From Euprymna scolopes (lineage: Eukaryota), in assembly GCA_053919585.1 (NCBI GenBank), contig CM132788.1: 64,000 nucleotides of DNA; one strand, written 5' to 3'. The notes beneath the pieces are model-generated. The model ran no database searches and was not told the DNA's origin. It saw only the letters and a list, made by a program, of their open reading frames with translations. Positions 54,298 through 64,000 of this stretch are shown piece after piece; position 1 is the stretch's first letter, and each line of letters opens with the position of its first letter. Position numbers and translations under genes: made by a program.

Positions 54298-54464
54298 TAA
54301 TGTGATATCTTTTAATATCCCACATAATGTGATATCTTTTAATATCCCACATAATGTGATATCTTTTAATATCCCACATAATGTGATATCTTTTAATATC
54401 CCACATAATGTGATATCTTTTAATATCCCACATAATGTGATATCTTTTATTATCCCACATAATG
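54298..54464. repeat. Minisatellite, 27 bp x 6
   Basis: Unit taatgtgatatcttttaatatcccaca; five identical copies and one with a single substitution. Confidence 0.95.
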
Positions 54465-55481
54465 AGTTAAATCAAGTTTTGGTTTTAAAAAAAAAATGAA
54501 CCAATGATCAGTTTTGAATTCTTTATCAAAAATTGAAAAGAATGTTTCGATCCCTTCAAAAGTTGATTTCTAAAAATATAACGTTTTTGTTTCTTGTTTC
54601 TTTTAACAATATTTTTAACCGAATAATTATCTGTGTACACTGACTATGAGTGATGTGTATGTAGGTGTATCTGTATATACAGGAAATCTGGAAAATTGGT
54701 GGCATAACTTTAGGATTGTGTATATCTGTCCAAAAATACTTGGTTTTCAAGGTATAGACCATTAAAACAAATACTTGACATGCTTTATTGTAAACATCTA
54801 ACGCGTACAATGCATGTGATAGTGCATTGTTTCTACATATGGAATAAACATCCTTGTTACACGATCACAGTGAAAATAAGCTCGACTGTTGTTGCTACAT
54901 AAACCAAGAAAATCATGAAAACAAATTTATGAAAAGGTACAAGAAAGATTTGCGTCATGATCAGTAGGTGTTCCTTATTAGCAAACACAAGGAGGGAGGC
55001 GGTCAACATCTGATATTGGCATTTATTTCAAGTATATAGGTAAATTATGATCAGCATCCACCAAAGACAACGCAGGGGGGAAAAAAATGGACCACAAAAG
55101 AAATTAAACATACTTCCAAAGTCATGTCGTTGATCCCCCCCCCCCCCCAAAAAAAAACACTTTGTGTGTGCATGTCATTTTACTTCCATGAAAGTATTGA
55201 GAATGTCTTCCTTTTCCAAACGACCGAACACTTTGTCTGTTTAAAACAACAGTGAATTAAAACGATGCTAATGAATCATGGCCATGCTGTGTAGGTATAT
55301 AATGTCTGTCCCTTTAAAACTGGGTTCTTATTGTTGAACACTTTATATTGAAATGAAAAAAGTCAGTTACTTAAAGCTCACATGCGCGGATCGTGATGTT
55401 AAAATCATTTGATCACTCTCAACCTTCTTGAATGACATTTATGCTTTATATAAATATTAATTTCAACTATATTCTCATCAC

Positions 55482-55622
55482 GGTTCACGTTGGTGGAGCG
55501 GTTTGTTCTATGCTAATGGAGTCAGAGATGGCTTCGTGGCCAGGTTCAAATCTCCTGACCGGTAGTAATTATAACTCCCTGCATTGATGATTCCTGAAAG
55601 AATGAAAATCTAGTGTCTATAG
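55482..55622 (+). mobile_element. tRNA-derived SINE head followed by a hammerhead-like motif
   Basis: A box tggtggagcgg (55491), B box ggttcaaatc (55543), then ctgca-ttgatga-ttc ctgaaa gaa-t-gaaa-atctagt-gtc-tatag. Confidence 0.65.
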
Positions 55623-56618
55623 ATATTAAAAATACTTAGAGTAATAATTATATATAAATATATTAGAATTTTTAGAATGTGGGAGATATATTTCGATGTT
55701 GTTTGTATTTATTTGCTTCCCCGCTGAGTAAATTGGCACAAGGCCGTTTTTTAATGTGGAGAGATTGGGGAAATGGGGACCAGCTCCCCAGGGAGTAGGG
55801 GAGCTGGATAGTGACAATTGGTATGAAGAGTTTCCCTTACATTGACCAATAACTTATTGCTTCTAGAGCAATGGTCTTATATGTGGGGTTGCCCCCACAT
55901 ATGGTCTTTGCTTGAACTTTGTTGCCCAAAGCCCCACAGAGTCTGGGCCGGGCAACAAAAAACAATATTTCGATGTTGTTTGACTATGGAAATAATTGTG
56001 TGTATGTCTTTATACAGGTATGTTTTATTTCTTAACTAATAAAAAAAATCATGAATTTTGGAACATGGTTAATAGGTGTAGGGGGTTCCAATGTAAACTT
56101 CTTTTTTTTTTTTTTTTTTTTTTTTTCTCTCAAAAGAGTCAAAAATAAAAAAAAAAAAAAAGAGATTGAATCCATTAATGAAAACTCGAATTTTTAATAA
56201 ATGTTATTTAATTAGTTTCTTTAGGACATTAGAAAGTGTTTTTTAGAATGCATACGTATCCCACTTAAAAATTGAAATATATCGAATTTGCATTGAATTT
56301 CATCCATAGTTATTATACACATATGAAGCAAGGTTATCTGAATTACCATTTCTTAAAACCCTCTTAAGTTTTAAATTTGAGACATTTTCTATAATCATGT
56401 AATGAATTTTGAATGCAAATAGAATAAGGATTCTTGACATAAGATTTAGCATCATTATTTCTTTACTTTCATCTTCATATAAAGATGCAAAAGTGATGCA
56501 AAACTGTCCTGTTCAAAGAATTAATTTTATCTTTCCTTGAATGAATATTCTTCTGTATAGATGTGTATATGCATATATGTGTATGTATGTATGTATGTAT
56601 GTATGTATGTATATATAT

Positions 56619-56912
56619 ATACATATATCACGTTGACACACCAGTTCTTGTCAGATCACCAAAGTTAAGCAATGCTGAGCCTGGCTAGTACCAGATAGGT
56701 GACCATTTGAGAATTCATGGTGCTATATGTGCTCCCTGCTTATCTCTGAATTATTTTCAATCGTCGTGAACCTCCACTTTTCACTGGTATTTAACATCGA
56801 TTCAGGAGAAGTGTGGTTGGAGATTGTACAACTCTTGCCACAAAAATTTGCACATGTAGGCACCCTTACAGTGGGTATCCATAGTCTGTCAAGACTAAAG
56901 GAAGCTACCACA
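56619..56912 (+). mobile_element. 5S rRNA-derived SINE (SINE3-like) or 5S pseudogene with tail
   Basis: cacgttgacacaccagttcttgtcagatcaccaaagttaagcaatgctgagcctggctagtaccagataggtgacc aligns with animal 5S rRNA including boxes A and C; inserted in a TA/TATG microsatellite. Confidence 0.8.
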
Positions 56913-57184
56913 TATATATAGAGATATGTTAAGTTTTACTAAGCCATTACTGTTTAATACTGCTAGCGATCATCAGACAACTGATACTACGAGCTGGATT
57001 GTTTGTTTTTCAAAGTTCTCCTTGTGTCTAAGATGTCTGATGATTGGTATGAGCATAAAACCGTGGTAGTGGCCTATTAAGACACAATACTATAAAACTC
57101 TGTTTGAAAAGGCATCAAGTGCTAAAAAAAATGTGAAAATTAAAAACTTTGAGCTGGTCCCAAAAAATGCTACAGCTATCAATA

Positions 57185-57241
<57 letters not shown>

Positions 57242-57245
57242 TACC

Positions 57246-58051
57246 ATGTTTGAATATATGGTTAAGTGGCAGTTTTAATCATTTAGAACTGCTTTAAAAC
57301 TTCACCGCTCACTCATTTTTCGACTAAATTTCAAACAATTATTACAGTTTATAGATCACTTTCTCAGCCATATTGTAATAAAAAAAAAAAAAAAAAAAAA
57401 TCAATTTTCGTTCAGTAAAACAAGTTATGAATTTTCTGGTGTTCAAAATCGTAAAAATATGTAAGGAGGTGAGCGATGCTTTTTATGGCTGGTTTCCATA
57501 GCAACCACATCGCTTGGCGACTGCTGTTGCTACTAATTCACTACTGTCGCAGAAAGAGAAGTAATGAAAGGGAGATAATTGGGGGGGATTTTATTGAAGG
57601 CAGACGTGTGTCGTACATTGTTATTACATATGTGTTTATGGGGACAAAACTAAGACTGAAATTAAATAAAGATCAAGTGAATTTATTGGAAGCCTGGAAA
57701 TATGGATTACAATAGAAAAATGCGAGCATGAAAAGTAATATGGTTAGGCTTAAACATGGAAAAGTAGAGGATTAGTTATTAAAACTGGAAAAGAAAAGGA
57801 CAAGATATTCTAGTAAAACATATAATAAATTTATAACCTAAAATATTGCAGCATTAAAAAAAAAATTTTTAATTCGATTTATAACATTATGTAATCAAAT
57901 TTTAATGCTGCAATATTTTAAGTTATAAATTTATTGTATTTTTTTACTAGAATATCTTGTCCTTTTCTTTTTCAGTTTTAACTAGTCCTTTACTTTTCCA
58001 TGTTTAACTTTAACCATATTACTTTTCATGCTCTCATTTTTCTATTGTAAT
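57246..58051 (+). mobile_element. Unclassified repeat with terminal ~345-bp hairpin, copy 2
   Basis: Hairpin at 57706-58051; (TA)n flanks both sides. Confidence 0.8.
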
Positions 58052-60599
58052 ATATATATATATATATATATATATAGATTATTAATCTGAATTAACTAAC
58101 ATTTATTTTGCTATGGCTTCTTTCCTATGCAAAATATATATGCTTAAATATTACTCAGGTTTGGGATTGAGTTATGTTTAAAAAGAATTCTTATCTTAGT
58201 TGTTTCTAATTAGATGTAATTTACAAATAACTCAAGTGACCCATCACTAACAATCTTTTGATGCATGAATATTTCCTCTGATATTTAAAGCAGAATTCCT
58301 TTCCAGTTTTGAAACCTCGCAATATGTTTCTATTATTAGCAAAAGATTAACATGCCTCATTTGTTTACAAACACATCGATTTTTTTATTTATTTTGTTTT
58401 GTGCTATTGAATTTTTATTTTATAAATAAGTGATTAATAGTTAAAAAAAATAAAAAATAAAAATCTAAGTTACATACCATTTAAGTGTGGTATAGCAGCA
58501 CTGGAATAGCTTCCCTATTTTAGCCAAATTGAAGAAATCATAGTTACAGTGGTTAAAATATTGACGTTACTTTATATGAAGAAAAATGCTAATTTTTAGG
58601 TTAGTGGAAGAGCTGAAATAAAAAGTTAAATTCGCCCCCAAAATATAAGAATTTGTCAGACGTAGCTAAAATAACAGCCAAACTATTTTTATCTCTATTT
58701 TATTTTTAAGTACTATTAATAAAAAACAAATATATAGGTGTAATATTTAAGATTGTGATCTTTTAGCCCCATAACTAGCTTCCCTTATTTTGTCTTTTAG
58801 TCCTCCCATTCCATGAGTGATATTTCTGACTAACACTTATTAGATAGTTTTTTTTCTGTCATCATTAATTTAATTAAATAACAAATAGAATGTGTTTTTT
58901 TTTTACATTTGGGTTGGATATACAATTATTACTAATGGTTATTTTATCTTATGCAAAAGTTCGGGGTTTTTGGGTTTTTTTTTTCCTTTTTACCAGTATT
59001 GGCATATAAAATAATTAGACTACCTTCATTTACTGAAATGATCTGATCTATAAAGAAAACAGATCATTTGATGTATAATGCAAATTAGCATTTAAGGATA
59101 TTTTCTAAAATTAAATTTTTAAGCAACTATGAAATATAAGAACAATAAATAGAAAAGAGGAGACATTGAATTAAAAATATAAATGTTCTAATAGGTATTG
59201 TCACACTATCAGTATGTATAAATAAATTAAAAACAAAGATGTTTTCAAGTATTTATTTAGAATTGGTTGCTTGAAGACAACAAAACGTGTATTTTCTTTT
59301 GGTAATCGATTCTTTTCATCTCATAACTAACAGTTAATGTGTGCATGGAGAAAATGTAAAATTTTCACAAAAGACAAAAAAAAAATGCAACTAGCTGATT
59401 ATATGTGTATGGCTTACAATTTTGACTGAAACCAGTTTAAATATTTTCTATATAATTATCAAATGAAATGTCAATATTTTTAACTAAATTTTCTTAATAT
59501 AATTTTTTTTAAATAAACAAATGTGCCTTTTCGATGCACTGATTTTATTAATTTATAATTAAGTTCCTTAAAGAATAATAAATGTAAATAACTTAAACAT
59601 CTTTATATCACATGAAAAACAAAAAATTAAACTCCTTAACAAAATAAAACCTGCAAAGATTTTGTCTTTAATGTGTGATTTAAGTTAAATAATTCTATGT
59701 ATTAATATTATTTATTCAATTATTTATTTTTCTTTCTATATATTTCTTCATTCTATTCTCTTTTCAACGATATAATATTTTTTTGGATACATCAACTCAA
59801 TTAGATTTTTTTTTTTTACTCTGGACATTGTGTGGGTTACTATGTAAAACAAACTCGTTTTTCTTTTTTAATTTACAATAACCTTTCATTTAAATAAAAA
59901 CGCTTCTTTCACTACTTCAGATTGAGAAGATTTTTAAAATTACTTTACTAGTTTATTTTAGCTGACATTTTGAAAAATTTCTGTAATTCTCCACTTTTTG
60001 GTATATACAATAATTGGACATGTCTATGGATTTAAAATGACTTTGTGTACGGTTGCCGTTTGATTATTATAACTTTTATTCAAACCTTACTCCAACAAAA
60101 ATGTGCTGAAAACTCTAAGAAAGGTTTAAAAACAGATATAAACATGAATAAAATGTATCATTATATTCCATTATATGTGTTTCGCTCTCTAAGAACTTTT
60201 TAGCACACACCCCAATGGTAATTGCGCCTTTAAAAATAATGCAGCCAATGAAAACACTGGAACAATCTTTAAGGAAAAATATTTTCTGTAATAGTGTTGA
60301 TCTTGTTGGAAGACAAATATTTTCTTATATTTAACATAACTTTTGAATTGGAAAATGATTTTTTTTTTTTCCAACTGGAAGTCTAAACATTGAAGGACAC
60401 TAAATAAATTTTAACTGTAATATCAGGTTGACAAGAAAGATCTTGCAGTTTTTAACTTTTAAATTCAGATGAATATATCTTGGCTCAAACAAAAATTTAT
60501 TGCTCGAAATAAAACCATCAGAATCAACACAACACAAGTGTATTTATGCCAGTAACATAAAAATCCTGATTCTAGTGATGATGAAGTCACTGTAGACGT

Positions 60600-61405
60600 T
60601 TTTGATATCGCTTAGGTCTTTGAAGCATTTCTCATGCAGAAAGTTGTCAATGCTTGAAAAAGTGGTAATTGGTAGATGGGAGGTTTGGCGAGTATGCCAG
60701 TTTTGTAGCCCAATTTGTCCAACTTCTGCAGGGTCGGTTTAGCAACAAGCGGTCGGGCATTCTCATGGAGAAGAATTGCACCTTTTCTGTTGATTAATGT
60801 CGAAGTTTTTGATGCATGTCATCTCTTTTGCCGCCATAATGGTTTTGCCTACTTTAAAAAAAAAAACAAATGGGTGAGATTAATCGCAGACCATCAAACA
60901 GTCAGCATGACCTTCTTTTGATGCAACTCTAGTTTTAAGAAGTCTCATGGAGTTTTGGCAGTGTCTAACCACAGAGTTGAGTGTCGCTGGTTGTCGTAAT
61001 GAACCCACTTTTCATCACAAGTCATAACCCAGTCTAGAAACGGGTTCTTGTGTAAAAGAAGGGAAAATGACACTTCATGACAACATTTCTTTTGGTTGTT
61101 GTTTAATTCATGAGGCATCCGTTTAAGTTTTGTCTTTCCAATCTCAAGTGGCTAGAAATCGTTGTATACGTTACATCCAATTCAGAAACAAGTTCTTGAA
61201 CAGTTGTACGTGGATTGGTTTTGACTAAGGTTCTTAATTGCTCGTTGTCAACATCTGATAACTAACCACTAACTCATCGTCTTTAAGACTCGTAACTGCC
61301 ATGAAATTTCTTAAACCACCATTGTGCTGTGCATTGAGTAGTGGTTCCTGGACCAAACACTTCATTGATATTGCGAGCTGTTTCAGCAGCTTTTCAACCG
61401 AGACA
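60600..61405 (-). mobile_element. Decayed mariner transposase
   Basis: Reverse strand gives PFLDWVMTCDEKWVHYDN (around 60995-61045) and LHENARP (around 60750-60770), matching the mariner TCDEKW and HDNARPH motifs. Confidence 0.85.
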
Positions 61406-61479
61406 TGTAAAATGTTTTTTTATTATTAATCGGAAATGTGATAGTGAAAAACTGGAGTCTTGCGGACAATATTGGATCT

Positions 61480-62700
61480 ATTAGGTTAGAAATTCTTTTT
61501 TGCGCCTCCATCTAAGAGGGAGAGTGGATAGCAACAATACCTCATGCATGGTTGAATGATTGCTGTATAGATATCAGATACTGGTAGGTGTAAAGTTTTC
61601 TAGCCTGATAGAGGAAGTCTAATTTCTTTGCAGCTTACTTGGCAACATATATTTCAACTAATGTTACCTGAGAATGTCAGTTCAAGGAGGTTGAATGCTT
61701 AACTCTTGAAAAGAGTGTTATTGACAATGGGAATTAGTGGTTAGAGAAATTTCTTGTAGCTTATTGTGAGGAGCTTCAGACTAATAGCATTAAATGTGGC
61801 CATCCATTTTTTTTTTTTTTTACTGCCTTCTTCTTCAGAATGGGGGTTGTTTTCTAAGAATTTAGCCATTGTCTTGCAGAAGTAGACATTCAATTTGCCC
61901 TCATGCCAAGAATAGAGCATGGTATCATCAGCAAATACACCCATATCACATGATTGTATTTTAAAACTGGTTTTGAAAATCACGAAAAATATGGGTCTGA
62001 ATATTGATCTTTGATACACACCAGCATTGATGTGATGTTGTTTAGATTTACTGATTTCGAGAATGAGTTGGACCTTTCTTTCAGCTAAAGAAGATCTAAT
62101 TGTTATATCTAGTGCCACTGGCCAGCTTCACATCCCTTATCCATTGTGTGCTATATACGTTCAGAGATAATGGCAGTAGAATGAGATCGCCTAAATCCAT
62201 ATTGTTAGTCAGTTAAGACGACAAACTTTGTGATACATATGAACAACAGGCTTGATGTGAGTTAGATATTTAACTAAGAGCGGAGAAATCACTTAAGATA
62301 TCAGGAATATGTTAGATTTGGAGCTTGCACCACCCAGAATTTGATTTTGTCTTGTAAAAGTATTTCTGTAAATGGGATTTCATGCTGGAAGCAAGGTACT
62401 TGATAAAAATAATGCCCAGCTAGATACAGGACCCTCTAGAAATTTTTATTTTTTATGTTCGTAGATAAGGCTGGCCATTATCTAAAGTGTTTCTTTCTGG
62501 TGTCATCCTAGGAATCTCTGTATATATATTCCAGCATATGGGCAGGAGGGGTTAGTTTGGTTTTCTGGGATCTGGTAATCAGTTGACCTTCATGTTATCT
62601 CAGTTAGTTGGATTTATGTGTCTCTTAGAGATAGATGGACCGTTTGGGCTTTTAGCTAATGGATTGTGTTTCTTGGACTGTTTTGATTTGGGCCAAGCGT
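61480..62700 (-). mobile_element. Decayed CR1/Crack LINE
   Basis: Track ORF ALDI...INAGVYQRSIFRPIFF...VFADDTML; the upstream part is more decayed. Confidence 0.8.
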
Positions 62701-63385
62701 TTTGGTTTGAAAACCTGTTCATTAGAAGAAAGCCAACATTATTGTAATCTCAAAGAATAAAACTTTGTTACTTCATTTGGCGGGAGAATTCTTCTATTGC
62801 AGCATTAACAGAGACTCTCCATTTGACACTGCGACTAGTTTCAGAATCAAGCAACAACTGACGCAAACAAGCAGAATATCACAGACTGAGCAGTGAACAC
62901 GGATACGTATTTACAAAAATATAATAATTGGTGGATGGTTTGGGTCATGTTTATATAATGATAATTTTTGTAAGTTTTTATATATAATGATAATTTTTGT
63001 AAGTTTTTATTGCTTAAAATTATTAACTTCAAATATGCAAATGTTATTTCAAAATGAATGATTTGTAGATAAATTCATTTTGTAGGTGTCTGTTTTTTAA
63101 TCTGTAAATAATAGATTTTATTTAAACAATGAATCCAAGCTTGTACTAAGACTCTTGATCAGAATAGTTGTAATAGTGATTGAGGGTGATTCCACATTCA
63201 CTGAAGCCTCAAATTGGCAGCTCACCATTAGTTTCAGAACCAATATAATTTTGTGAACTAGATGCTATTTAAGTTCTGTGAATTTGAATGAGGTTATTTG
63301 AGGGTTGCTCCAATTTATTTGCAGTAAATAACGTTAAAAAAAAAAAAAAAACTTGCTGAATTCTCCATTCCCCCTTTTGTTAAAG

Positions 63386-63397
63386 TTAAACATTAAG
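63386..63397 (+). CDS. Candidate 12-nt microexon (LNIK)
   Basis: ttctccattcccccttttgttaaag|TTAAACATTAAG|gtaagt: pyrimidine tract, consensus donor, phase 0-0, and a 213-nt intron to the terminal exon. Confidence 0.5.
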
Positions 63398-63610
63398 GTA
63401 AGTAGTTTATTTGGAGATGCTTAACAAAAAATTTTCTTTACATAATTATAATTATGACATAATTATTTTAAAAAAAAAAAAAAAAAAATCTTCCAGAAAA
63501 TTTGGAATTTAAAAAAATTTATTTCTTTTATTTTCCTCCGGTTTTTTGTACTTGATGTTTGTTTCTATATCTATATATTTATATATTTATATCTCCTTGC
63601 TTAATTTCAG

Positions 63611-63793
63611 GAGAAATCAGCTGAGGGACAAGAGAATCCGGCCTTGGATGAAAATCACTATAGCAATAAGAATGATGCTGATAATGCTCCCTACACAGTA
63701 TATCAGCCTTCTAAATATGATGCTCCTGGAGGTCATGCCAATCCAGCTATGGATCAGGACATCCCGAACCATATGAGTGGCTCAACAGTGTAG
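63611..63793 (+). CDS. Terminal coding exon of an unidentified host gene, probably a membrane-protein cytoplasmic tail
   Basis: Acceptor ...atctccttgcttaatttcag follows about 110 nt with no AG. The phase-0 frame is open for 60 codons: EKSAEGQENPALDENHYSNKNDADNAPYTVYQPSKYDAPGGHANPAMDQDIPNHMSGSTV-TAG. GC content is higher than the flanks; it has two NPA motifs and a C-terminal S-T-V. The track ORF 63546-63776 is a different frame. Confidence 0.7.
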   Translation, partial: EKSAEGQENPALDENHYSNKNDADNAPYTVYQPSKYDAPGGHANPAMDQDIPNHMSGSTV

Positions 63794-64000
63794 TTGGCAA
63801 CTGGTTATTGCCAAAAGAGTATTGGTTACTTTGGGGGAGAGGGCATCTTTACAATCACATTACTTAAAACATGAATGCCAGATTATTTTCTGGATAGTTT
63901 TGACATGCATATTTGAATAATCAAATTCTTTGGGTATTAATGCATCTCTACATCCAACCACCTGCAGATTTTATTTTACTTTATGATCATGTCATTTTTT

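Noticed and set aside
54298-54464. CRISPR-like array
   Set aside because: The repeats are head-to-tail with no spacers, no cas genes are present, and the context is eukaryotic.
56619-56726. Functional 5S rRNA gene
   Set aside because: Many substitutions, no oligo-T terminator at the 5S end, not in a tandem array, and followed by SINE body sequence.
63546-63776. Track ORF as a standalone membrane protein
   Set aside because: Its start lies in intronic AT-rich sequence; the other frame after the acceptor is more protein-like.
3347-63793. Naming the host gene, e.g. prominin-like because of small tail exons and a PDZ end
   Set aside because: No diagnostic domain lies in the window; the similarity is architectural only.

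Overview
AT-rich, repeat-dense animal genomic DNA with no prokaryotic gene organisation. The LINE peptides resemble, from memory, the CR1/Crack families of hydrozoan cnidarians, but other marine invertebrates cannot be excluded. No long intact ORF exists; most track ORFs are noise or TE fragments. The window appears to be mostly intron of one + strand gene. Its terminal coding exon (63611-63793) encodes a cytoplasmic-tail-like peptide ending in a class I PDZ ligand (-STV*). Four frame-compatible candidate microexons (31, 30, 21 and 12 nt) are scattered over 60 kb upstream of it. The introns hold about 11 decayed CR1/Crack LINE pieces (mostly antisense), RTE LINE pieces, an internally deleted AcademX DNA transposon with intact TAG..CTA ends and a TGG target duplication, mariner and Tigger relics, Helitron-like elements, MITEs and long hairpins. 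They also hold several Pol III-headed SINEs (tRNA- and 5S-derived) whose 3' parts carry decayed minimal hammerhead-ribozyme-like motifs. The two leads most worth testing are the hammerhead-tailed SINEs and the microexon chain. Family names come from motif recall and none has been checked by database search.
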